From Stegostoma tigrinum (taxonomy: Eukaryota), in NCBI RefSeq assembly GCF_030684315.1, contig NC_081387.1, positions 16,771,409-16,835,408 of the forward strand: a stretch of DNA of 64,000 nt, given 5' to 3'. Made by a program: the position numbers and the translations under genes. Numbering within the stretch: the first letter of the stretch is position 1; each line of letters begins with the position of its first letter. Positions 12,095 through 23,446 of the stretch are shown in pieces. Below the pieces are notes generated by a model that was given only the letters and a program-made list of their open reading frames with translations, was not told where the DNA came from and ran no database searches.

Positions 12095-13721
12095 GGGTCC
12101 AATTGAAACTTTCAAAATACCAAAAGGCCTGGACGAAGTGGATGTTGGGAAGATGCTTCCATTGGTAGGAGAGTCTAGGGCCCAAGGGCACAGCCTTAGA
12201 GTAAAGGGAAGAGCTTTTAGAATGGAGATAAGGAGAAACTTCTTCAGCCAGAGAGCGGTGAATCTATGGAATTCAGTGCCACAGAAGGCTGTGGAGGCTA
12301 GGTCATTGAGTACATTTAAGACTGAGATAGACAGGTTTTTGATTATCAAGGGGATCAAAGGTTACGGGGAGAAGGCAGGAGAATGGGTTTGTGGAACTTA
12401 TCAGCCATGATTGAATGGCGGAGCGGACTCAATGGGCCGAATGGCCTAATTTCTGCTCCTAGGTTTTATGGTCTTAACTCCTCACAGCCTCTTCTATTAA
12501 GCTCATTGGTATCATTGTTCAGATTTATTAAATCAAGGAGCATGATCGAAAAGTAATAAATGTGACATTCATTTTCAATCCTGTTACTATCTACTTCTAC
12601 CCCTCCCTCCTTCACACCTCTGTTAAAAACTTCTATCGGTCTGATTATTTTTTCTTTATTCATTGAGAGGACGAGGGCATCACTGGATAAGCAGCATTTA
12701 TTGCCCATCCCCATTCGCTCAGAAAGCAGTTAAGAGTCATCCACATTGCTGTGGGTCTGGAGTCACGTGTAGGTCAGACCAGGTAAGGATGCAAGTTTCC
12801 TCCCCTAAAGGACATTTACAAACCAGCTCACGACTACAATAAAAAGGATGTTGCCAGGTATCAAAGGCATGAGTTATAAAGAGACATGGATATGTTGGGA
12901 CTTTTTTCACTGGAGCACAGGAGGTTGAGAGGTGGCCTTCTGAAAGTTTATAAAATAGTGAGGGGTATAGATATGGTTCATGAGATAACAAGGTGTAGAG
13001 CTGGGTGAACGCAGCAGGCCAAGCAGAGTCAGAGGAGCTCTTCTTGCTCCTCTGATGCTGCTTGGCCTGCTGTGTTCATCCAGCTCTACACCTTGTCATC
13101 TCAGATTCTCCAGCATCTGCAGCTCCTACTATCTCTAGATATGTTTCATGGTAGGTGTCTTTTCCCTGCAGTGGGGCATTTCAAGATTAGGGTCGCATTT
13201 TTAAGTCGAGACAAGACAAAAGATGTGGGGGCAAATTTTTTTTACACAGAGGGTTGTTTGCGCGTGGCATGAACTTCCTGAGGAAATGGCAGATATGGTG
13301 ACAATTACAATGTTTAAAAGACATTTGGATAAGTACATGAGTTAGGAAAGGCTTGGAGGGTAATGGGCCAGGAGCAGGCAGGTGGGACTAGTTTTGTCTG
13401 GGTACATGGTCAGCATGGACTAGTTGGAACAAAAGGTCTGGTTTTGTGCTGTATGACGTAATTACATCATACCATCCTTCACACTTCACTCAGAGTTGTG
13501 AACCTGTGGAATTCTCTACCATAGAATGCGAGGGGCTAGTTTATTAGATATATTCAAGAGGGAGCTGGGTCTGGCCTTTGTGGCTAGAGATCAAAGCGTA
13601 TGGAAAGAAAGTGGGAATGGGATACTGAAATTTCATGATCAGCCATGGTCTTATTGAATGGTGGTGCAGGCTCGAAGGGCTGAATGGCCTACTCTTGCAT
13701 CTATTTTCCATGTTTCTATGG
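12095..13721 (+). mobile_element. Cluster of CR1-type LINE 3' fragments
   Basis: ETFKI..GHSLRVKGRAFR..RNFFSQRAVNLWNS; several 3' tails. Confidence 0.75.
12983..13135. mobile_element. 153-bp palindromic Penelope-derived element inserted in a CR1 relic, 15-bp TSD
   Basis: Inverted arms centred near 13040; flanks tagatatggttcatg (12968-12982) and tagatatgtttcatg (13136-13150). Confidence 0.85.
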
Positions 13722-13914
13722 NNNNNNNNNNNNNNNNNNNNNNNNNNNNNNNNNNNNNNNNNNNNNNNNNNNNNNNNNNNNNNNNNNNNNNNNNNNNNNN
13801 NNNNNNNNNNNNNNNNNNNNNNNNNNNNNNNNNNNNNNNNNNNNNNNNNNNNNNNNNNNNNNNNNNNNNNNNNNNNNNNNNNNNNNNNNNNNNNNNNNNN
13901 NNNNNNNNNNNNNN
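13722..13914. other. Assembly gap (193 N) in gene A intron 2
   Basis: Run of N. Confidence 1.
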
Positions 13915-14749
13915 GGTTTAATCCGAGGGTCACCTCACCACAGAGGGGGATTGGGTCAAGAACATGGGACCTTCGTAATGAACTCACGCTGTTGGCATCA
14001 CTCTGCATTACATAGCTAGATTGGTAGGAAAGTGGTTAGCTCAGTTGGCAGGGCAGTTGCTTTGGGTGCAGCGTGATGCCAATGGACATGGGTTCAATTC
14101 CTATATTTAGCTAATGTCACCATGAAGATCCCACTTTCTCAACCTTGCTCCTTCCCTGAGGTAAAACTCATCTCTCTGTCTCAATGAGAGAGCAGCCTCC
14201 AGGATTATGGTGACTAGTACAGTAACAAATCACAAGTCACAATTCCCAAGGAATTCCTCAATGATGGAATGACAGGTACAGCAGGACAACAGAAGCCGAC
14301 GGTCAATGTCTGTCAGTTTTTTCTTCCATCCTGATCAGTGGCTTTTATTTAGTCTTGAAAGAAGGCAAGCAGTATATGTTTGCTTGATGGAACAATCCAG
14401 AACAAGATGGAATTATCTTAAAAGCTACAGCTGGACCCTTTTACACACATATCATTTAAGTATTCCCCCCTCCCAATCCCACCATAGGAAGAATTGTGAA
14501 ATTGACTACTGGGGTCAGTCGAAATTTTCCAGACGAGATCAATAGGTTTCCCGCTGGGTCATGGAGCTGGCAGAAAGGCATGAAGCAGGTCAATGGAAAC
14601 CAGGCACAGATCAACCATGGAATGGTAGAACAGGTCCGAACAGCTGAATCGCTTATTCGTGTCCCAATTCAATGACAGAGTCCTCAAAACTGCTTCATGA
14701 TTTGAAACGTACGTCATTTTCAAAGTGATAAAGTATTGAAATCACTTAC

Positions 14750-15049
14750 CAATGAGTTTCAGATCCATGCTCCTGTTCCAGGTACCATTCACTGTGATGG
14801 TATATACTCCTTGGTCACTCGGTTTTAGACTGTCTACCATTATTGATCCATTGGATGCATTAAAACGTAAACGGGAATGGTAGTGTTTATTTGGTTTCTG
14901 TACTGGAGAATTTGGTATGTAATCCAAAATAGTAAGCAGTTTTCCACTGCTGTTTTTGAACGTCCATTCAACCTGACTGTCGCTGAGATTCGCTCCATAT
15001 TCAGGATCCAGTAAAACTGACGAGCCAATGGCAGCCACGACATTGCCCC
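14750..15049 (-). CDS. Gene A exon 2: Ig V-set domain without B/F cysteines (CD2/SLAM/CEACAM-N/HEPACAM type)
   Basis: 300-nt phase 1-1 exon GGNVVAAIGSSVLL..VEW..RLRFNASNGSIMVDSLKPSDQGVYTITV..DLKLI; DxGxY motif; donor G|gtaagt; acceptor after a polypyrimidine tract (ctggag|). Confidence 0.9.
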
Positions 15050-15235
15050 CTCCAGGTGATTGACATGAAAAACAGAAACAAAAGTAATCCATCAACATGT
15101 GAACATGAAGCATAGAGCAATTGTGAAGCAAAATTGTAACATTATGCCAGCGGGTGTCTGGAGACTAAAAAGCAAACAGTCCTTTGTGTAGTGTGCTTTA
15201 CCACCTCAAGATTTCAAAAGCTTTTTACAGCAAGT

Positions 15236-18200
15236 GAACAAAGCGTGAAGCTGGATGAATACAGTAGGCCAAGCAGCATCTCAGGAGCACAAAAGCTGAC
15301 GTTTCAGGTCTGGACCCTTCATCAGAGAGGGGGATGGGGAGAGGGTTCTGAAATAAATAGGGAGAGAGGGGGAGGCGGATCAAAGATGGACAGAGAAGAT
15401 AGGTGGAGAGGAAAGTATAGATGGGGATGGGGAGGTAGGGAGGGGATAGGTCAGTCCGGGGAGGGCGGACAGGTCAAGGGGGTGGGATGAGATTAGTAGG
15501 TGGGAAATGGGAGTGCGGCTTGAGGTAGACGGAGGGGATAGGTGAGAGGAAGAACAGGTTAGGGAGGATGGGACGAGCTGGGCGGGTTTTGGGATGCAGT
15601 GGGGGGGGGGGGGGGGAGGGGAAATTTTAGAGCTGGTGAGGTCCACATTTGCCTCTCCCAGACCTGCAAAGGACCCCTCTTGTTTTTTATCCTCCGTAGG
15701 ATCCAGAGACTGAACACCCAGTTCTACTCAGCTTTACTGGACACCAAAAATCGTAAGTACAACAAACTCACTGGCTCCTGCCACCTTAAACAGGATTCCT
15801 CCACCTCCCAGATCCCGAGCCTGTCCCTGCACCTCCCCAACAATGTACCCACCACCATTGACCACGAGGACACGGCCGGGTTGAGGTCACATCTGCCACC
15901 ACCAGGCACACCGCTTCCGGGACCGCGAACGCGACCGCTGCTGCAGTCACCGCCTCCACTTCCAGTTACAACACCACACACACCACCCTCACCGCTGCTG
16001 CCGCCGCCCACCCCTCTCCTCCCATCACCGACGTCGCATCGCCGACGCAACTCCGCCCAGCGCTGATGGAAACCCGCCCACCGCCGATGCCACTGCAACT
16101 CCGCCCACCACCGACAGAGCCCCGCCCACTGCCAACAGACCCCCACCCACCGCCGACATCGCTCCGCCCACAGCCAGCAACCCGAGAGACGACAGCCACA
16201 CTGAGCCGTGTCGAGTTTTTGCCATCCCCACAGACCTCCCACTGACAGAAGACGAACGGTCAGTCCTGAGCAAGGGGCTCACCTTTGTCCCCCTCCACCC
16301 ACACATCAACGAATACCAGTCACGTTTGGACATCGAGCAGTTTTTCCGCCCCCTCCACGATTACTTCTCTAACCGTGAGCCTAACCCTCCCTCCACTGAC
16401 CCCTTCACCCGCCTCCAACACAAGTCCTCTTCCTGGACACCACCCCCAGGCCTCCTTCCCTCCCTCAGCCTCTTCATCTCCAACTGCCGTTGAGACATTA
16501 ACCGCCTCAACTTCTCCACCCCTCTCACCCACTCCAACCTCTCCCCCGCAGAACGGGCAGCCCTCCGCTCCCTCCCCAACCTCACCATCAAACCCGCAGA
16601 CAAGGGAGGCACAGTTGTGGTATGGCTCACTGATCTCTACATCGCCGAGGCCAAATGCCAACTGTCCGATGCCTACTCCTACCGCCCCATGGATCACGAC
16701 CCCAAACCTGAACACCAAACCATCCACAGCCTCGTTACCTCAGGTGACCTCCCACCCATGGCCTCCAACCTTACGGTTCCCCAACCCCACACCGCCCACT
16801 TCTATCTCCTTCCCAAAATCCACAAACCTGCCTGCCCTGGTCGACCCAATGTCTCCGCCTGCTCCTGTCCCACCAAACTCATCTCCACCTATCTGGACTC
16901 CATTTTCTCCCACTTGGTCCAGGAATTCCCCACCTACGACAGTGACACCACCCACACCCTCCACCTCCTCCAGAACTTCCAATTCCCTGGTCCCCAGCAC
17001 CTCATTTTCACCATGGGCGTCCAGTCCCTATACACCTGCATTCCACATGCAGCTGCCCTCAAGGCCCTCCGCTTCTTCCTGGCCCACAGGCCCGACCAGT
17101 CCCCCTCCACTAACACCCTCATCTGCTGAGCCGAACTCATCCTCACGCTCAACAACTTTTCTTCCCATTCCTCCCACTTCCTACAGACAAAGGGGGTGGC
17201 CATGGGTACCCGCATGGGCCCAAATTATGCCTGCCTCTTTGTAGGTTACGTGGAACAGTCCCTCTTCCACACCTACACTGGCCCCAAACCCCACCTCTTC
17301 CTCCGTTACATTGATGAGTGCATCGGCACCGCCTCTTGCTCCCAAGAGGAGCTCGAACAGTTCATCCACTTCACCAACACCTTCCACCCCAACCTGAAGT
17401 TCACCTGGGCCATCTCCAACACATCCCTCACCTTCCTGGAGCTCTCAGTCTCCATCTCAGGCAACCAGCTTGTAACTGATGTCCATTTCAAGCCCACCAA
17501 TTCCCACAGCTACCTAGAATACAACTCCTCCCACCCACCCTCCTGCAAAAATTCCATTCCCTATTCCCAATTCCTTCACCTTCACCGCATCTGCTCCCAG
17601 GATGAGACATTCCACTCCCGCACATCCCAGATGTCCGCGTTCTTCAAGGACCGCAACTCCTCCCTCCCACCGCAGTGGTCGAGAACGCCCTCAACCGTGT
17701 CTCCCGCATTTCCCGCAACACATCCCTCACACACCACCCCACCAAACTCCGGATACAACACATCATCCTCTGACACTTCCGCCATCTACAATCCGACCCC
17801 ATCACCCAAGACATTTTTCCATCCCCACGCTTGTCTGCCTTCTGGAGAGACCACTCTCTCCGGAACTCCCCTGTCCACTCCACACTGCCCTCCAACCCCA
17901 CCACACCCGGCACCTTCCCCTGCAACCGCAGGAAGTGCTACACTTGCCCCCACACCTCCTCCCTCACGCCCATCCCAGGTCCCAAGATGACTTTCCATAT
18001 CAAGCAGATGTCCACCTGCACATCTGCCAATGTGGTATACTGCATCCGCTGTTCCCGTTGTGGCCTGCTCTACATCGGGGAAACCAAGCGGAGGCTTGGG
18101 GACCGCTTTGCAGAACACCTACTTTCAGTTCACAGTAAACAACTGCAACTCCCAATCGCGAACTATTTCAACTCTCCCTCCCATTTCTCAGACGACATGT

Positions 18201-18760
18201 CCATTCTGGGCCTCCTGCAGTGCCACAACGATGCCACCCGAAGGTTGCAGGAACAGTAACTCCTATCCCCCTTGGGAACCCTGCAGCCCAATGCTATCAA
18301 TGTGGATTTCATCAGCTTCAAAATCTCCCCTCCTCTTAACATATCCCAAAACCAGCCCAGCTCATCCCCACCTCCCTAACCTGTCCTTCCTCCAACCTCC
18401 TCCCACCTCAAGCCCCACCACCCATCTCCTACCTGTTAACCTTATTCTGCCCCCTTGACCTATCCGTCCTCCCTGGACTGACCTATCTCTTCCCTAGCTC
18501 CTTACCTACACTCATCTTTACTGGCTCCATTCCGACCTCTTTGACCTGTCTGTCTCCTCTCCACCTGTCTTCTTCTCTATCAGTCTTCTATCTGCCTCCC
18601 CTCTCTCTTTATTTACTTCAGAACCCCGTTCCTCTCCCCCATTTTAAGAAGGGTCTCAGCCCAAAACATCAGCCTTCCTGCTCCTCTGACGCTGCTTGGC
18701 CTGTTGTGTTCATCCAGCTCTACATCTTGTTATCTCCAGCATCTGCAGTTCCTGCTATCT
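15236..18760 (+). mobile_element. Penelope-like retroelement (Neptune-type), degenerate RT + Zn finger + GIY-YIG, with an inverted copy of its 3' end at the 5' side
   Basis: FYLLPKIHK, GVAMGTRMGPNYACLF, LRYIDE, CNRRKCYTC, NVVYCIRCSRCGLLYIGETKRRLGDRFAEH; stops and frameshifts; 15236-15649 is the reverse complement of approx. 18298-18735. Confidence 0.92.
15298..15325 (-). ncRNA. Minimal hammerhead ribozyme motif in the inverted terminal repeat of the Penelope element
   Basis: CUGAUGA-A-GGGU(CCAG)ACCU-GAAA-CG-UC. Confidence 0.62.
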
Positions 18761-21099
18761 CTGAATCTCCACATAATCTGTTTGTGTGATGAATAATTGA
18801 GAATGAACCCAAAGTGTATGCTTGGGGAAAGAGCCAAAAGGACAGGTTAGGGGGAATGGTGGATGTCCAAGAAAGGAGGGAAGGGGTTAGCAGAATGGAA
18901 GGAAGGAAGAAGAATGGGGAAGGGAAAATGGGAAGTGGGAGGGAGGAACGCAAATTTGTGGACAGCATGTGGGAATTTGTGGAGAGCACCGAAATCCCGG
19001 GCAACCACCATGTGATCACTGCCCACGACTTGACTCATTTCAGTTCAAAGACATTGGGCTGGATTCCAAGCTACAAACCTTGTTAGGCATCAGAAAGAGG
19101 GAGAGTTACTTTGACTTTTGGCTTCAGGAAGCACTCACAGCCCCACTGTTCAGAAGGTCTTTAGAAGTGTTTAACCCCTAATGCTGTGTTTGGGATTTAC
19201 CCTAAATGGGGTCGACAAATTGAAAAATAGAATTCGAAAAAGAAAGGCCAAGGCAATGGTGCAGTGTGGCAATCCAAGAAAAAAAACAACAGGTCGGGGG
19301 AACAGAAAAGGGCAGGAAATTGAACATTATCAGTTGACCAGCAAAAAAAGGGCAATTGCAAACAAACAGGTGGGAACAAAGCTACTTTTGTCATCACTGT
19401 GGTCTTCAGTGCCTCAAAACAATGATGAGGTCTGTCAGGGCTCATGATTTGTGGTCACTTATCAGGCCAATTGAGCAGTCACAGGCCTGTGAACAGAAAG
19501 GACAAGGGTTGCCCTGAAAAAACATGGGGAGTGGGGTCCAGCAGCCAGGTCTCAAGCTAGGGCTCTGCCCAGTCTCTGCTTTCATTGCTTCCCCGGAGTG
19601 GCTGGTTTCACACCGAATTGCACCCTGTTGGATGGAGCTCCAACGCGTGGCACAGTTAGGGACAAATTTCACACATAGACTCACACCAATCTGCCTTTTC
19701 AAACAATGAGTCCTTCAGAATGGCCATAAAACATTCCCTCCGCTCTTCTCAAAACCAGGAGCCAACTTTAGCTTGTGGAAAGAAAATTCGGCTTCGGAAG
19801 TTAATTATTTGCGTGATTGTTGTTGCAGTCCTGGAGGAACTGACTTCAGCGAGGGTGCCAGAGATCTTTTTCACTCTCTTCCCATTTGATTGAGCACCTT
19901 GCAAGATATCTCTGGCTCCTGAATGGCCAGATGTGCTTTTGGCTGGTGACCTAACGCTCACTGCTTAATAGAAGGGTCCTGAGGGAAAAAGCCTTTGCTT
20001 TCTCATGAAGAAGTGAAGAGGCACAACCCTCCTATCTGCTTGGGGGAAGATTCTCACACGAAACCTCCTGAACCAGCTCCTACTCATCAGCAAAGACATA
20101 CATCCAGAGAATCGCCCACGTAAATAATCTTTGCCAATCAATACCTCTAAGTGTCTGAAATACTGTACAGTTGGCGTGCTTTTTGCTGCTCTGTCAAAGG
20201 CCCTTGACTTCAATCATGAAACCCTTGGGAAAGTCCTCCAAAGGCATGAACCTCGAGCAAAAGCTACTTCAGATTCAGAACGATATGATGAGACAGGGGA
20301 CATCTTGTGGCACAATGGGTAGTGTCATTGTCTCTGATCCAGAAGCTCTGGATGTCACTCCAGTTCCAGGATTTGTTGGACATGGAAAGTGCACTCACAA
20401 CATGCTGGAGTTCTGCTGAACAGCTTGATTGTAGGACAAAGCAGAATGTCGGCAGAGTAGTAAAAAGCCAAGCAAGTAACTGTGGTATACTGGAACTGCC
20501 AAATGTTTCTCACTGAGATGCCACACGTAAGGTGTACAACATTTGGCACACGGGTTTAGGGTGGGGGTGGTTCATAACGTGCATTTCCTTCAATCTATTC
20601 CCAGGATGTAGGCGTCTCTGGCTAGGCCAGCACTTATTGCCCATCCCTAATTCCCCGGAGGGCCATTAAGATTCAACCACATTGCCGTGGACAAGGAGTC
20701 AGATGTCAGCCAGACCAGTTAATGTTGGCAGTTCCCTTCCCCCAAAGACATTCGTGAACCAGATGGATTTTTTCTGACAATTGACAATGGTTTCACAGTC
20801 ATTGACAGACTCTTAATTCCAGATTGTTATTGAATTCAATTCAAACCCACATTCAAACCCAAATCGCCAGGACATTACCTGGATTTGTGGATTAACAATC
20901 CGTAAGTAATACCACTAGGCCCATTGCCACCCCAGCGGTTGGTCAGGATCACCAACAGAACCACTTTGAAGTCTATCGAAATGAAACTAGGGTCAAGCGC
21001 CACTTCTAAGAAATTTGGGAGATAATTATCCTTTCTCTCAATATTGGAAAACTGATGTCCTCTTGAAACCAACACCGAGATCTAAAGAACAACTCCCAA

Positions 21100-22980
21100 G
21101 AACATAAAACATAGAACAGTAACACAGTACAGTCCCTTCGGCCCACGATGTTGTACTGACTTATTATCCCACAAACATCAAACTACCCTGCATACCCTAC
21201 ATGTTACTATCCTCCATGTGCCCATCCAACAGTCACTTAAAAGTCTCTAAAGTATCTGACTCCACTTCCACTGCCAGCAGGGCATTCCACACACCCACCA
21301 CTCTCTGTGAAGAACCTACATCTGACATCTCCCCTATACCTTCCCCCAATCACCTTAAGATTACGCCCCCTCGTAATAGTCATTTCCAACCTGAGAAAAA
21401 GCATCTGGCTATCCACTCCATGACTTTCATAATCTTTTACACCTCTATCAAGTCAGCTCTCATCCTTCTACGTTCCAATGAGAAAATCCCGGGCTCCCTC
21501 AACTTTTCATCCAGTCTGGGCAGCATCCTGGTAAATCTCCTCTACACCCTCTCTAAAGCTTCCACATCCTTCCTATAATGAGGCTACCAGAACTAAACAC
21601 AACAACTCCCGTCAACTGAGATCAACAGTGATAATCCATCCACTTTGCCAGATCCATTCAGTCTGCAAACAGGGCAGTCCAACAGCAGCTTGTTCTCACA
21701 AACCAACTGCCCAGCCCCCTTAGCACTAACACATTCCACTGGGGAGGCCCTGTTATTCAGACACCTGACATCAGACTCCCAAGCAATGTAGAGCTTGATC
21801 CCAGCATGACAATAGCAGAAACACTTTAAAGGACGTGCTGAGAAGCATTCCTGAAAAGATTAGATATCTCCCTTCAACTCCACCACTTCCTCTGGCAGCT
21901 CATTCCATACACATACCACACTCTACTTGGAAAAGTCCCTTTAAATCTTTCCCCTCTCACCTTAAACCTGTGCCCTCTCATTTTGGACTCCCCTCCCCTG
22001 GGGAAAAGACCTTGTCTATTCATCCCCTTTATGATTTCAAAAACCTCTATGAGATCACCTCCCAGCCTCTGATGTTCCAGGGAAAATAGCACCAACCTAT
22101 TCAGCATCTCCCTGCAGCTCAAAGCCTGCAACCCTGGCAAAACCCTTGTAAATCTTTTCTGAACATATTCAATTTTCGCAACATCCACCCTATAGCATTT
22201 AGAGTAGAACAGCAGCACTCTTCCAAAAGTGGCCTCACCAATGTTCTGTACAGCTGCAACATGACCCTCCCAACTCCCATCGAGGCAAACGTATCAAATG
22301 GCTTCTGCACTGTCCTACCTAACTGTGACTTACAAGGGACTATGAACTTGCAGTGCAAGGTCTCCTTGTTCAGCATCACTCCCCAGAACCTTACTCTTAA
22401 GGTAGATGAAGTGGTTATGAAGGCACGTGTTACTCACCTTTATTAACCAAGGCAGAGATGTTTAGAGCTAGGGGGTTATGCTGAAACTATTTAAGGTGTT
22501 AGGCCACAGATAGAGTGTTGTGTGCAGTGTGGGATCCACATACCAGGAGAGATGTGATTGGAGAGGGTGCAGAGGACAGTAATCGGGGATGTTGATTGGA
22601 CTGCAGAGTTTTAGTTATGAAGAGAATTTGGAGAGGACTGGAATTGATTTCGTTACAGCAGAGAAGACCGACAGAGGGCATACGTGAAATTTAAAGCAAG
22701 GGGCAGTATGTTTAGAGAGGGGACAATTATCTTCAGCCAGTGTGTTGGGAATCTGGAACTCACCTGAATCTACAAACGTGGTGGACGCAAAAAGCATCAT
22801 AATGTTGAAGAAATATTTCCATGCGCACTAGCGCATTGAAATTGAGATATCAATGCGCCAACGGATACAAGGGTATGGGCCCAGTGCTGGAACGGGGGGC
22901 TGAAAGAGCTAGCCAGTGGCTTTTAGCTGGAATGGAGTGGATGGGCTGAAAGGCCCTGTTTTCTTTTAATCCTGCGCTGC
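21100..22980. mobile_element. Cluster of CR1-type LINE fragments (minus 21100-22395, plus 22400-22980)
   Basis: MLQLYRTLVRPLLE, VQKRFTRVLPGL, RGHRFKVRG. Confidence 0.75.
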
Positions 22981-23230
22981 AGACCTGTAGGAATCACCAG
23001 GATACTGAAAAATTGAAAGGTCACAGAATCCCGAACGGCGTGGAGCAAGGCCATTCGTCCTGTTCAGTTCACACTGACCCATGCACGCTAAGGGACAATT
23101 TTCCCAATGCACCCTAACCTGCACAAGTTGGGTCTGTAGGAAGAAAACCGGAGCACAGACACGGGGAGAATGTGCTGGCCCCCCTCAGGCACAATTTACA
23201 CGAACCTCCACGCCTCAGCCAGGTCCTCAC

Positions 23231-23291
23231 CTCCTGCAGCGATCCCCCGGAGGAGACCGAGCAGCAAGACCAGAAGGGGTCGGGGATCCAT
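23231..23291 (-). CDS. Gene A exon 1 (coding): signal peptide MDPRPLLVLLLGLLRGIAAG
   Basis: ATG at 23291 in a CpG-rich stretch; 20-aa hydrophobic leader; phase-1 donor GGA G|gtgagg at 23231/23230; joins the V exon in frame. Confidence 0.8.
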
Positions 23292-23446
23292 CCGCAATCC
23301 CGTCCCTGGCAGCCTCGGGCTGAGGGAAAAAAAAAATCAGCGAGCCCCGCAGACCGCGGGATCGGCCTCCATCAGCTCCGACACGCCGTCAGGTTCAACC
23401 AACACCCACTTCCGTGTCTGAGCGGGCGGAGAGCAGGGGTGGAGAC

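Noticed and set aside
13544-14019. ORFs of 87-154 aa
   Set aside because: Open only because they run through the N gap
15599-17244. Pro/Ser/Thr-rich ORFs (155 aa, 319 aa) resembling mucins
   Set aside because: Alternative frames of the C-rich Penelope element
19181-20549. Cluster of short ORFs in apparently unique sequence in gene A intron 1
   Set aside because: No motifs I can recognise; cannot be assigned without a search
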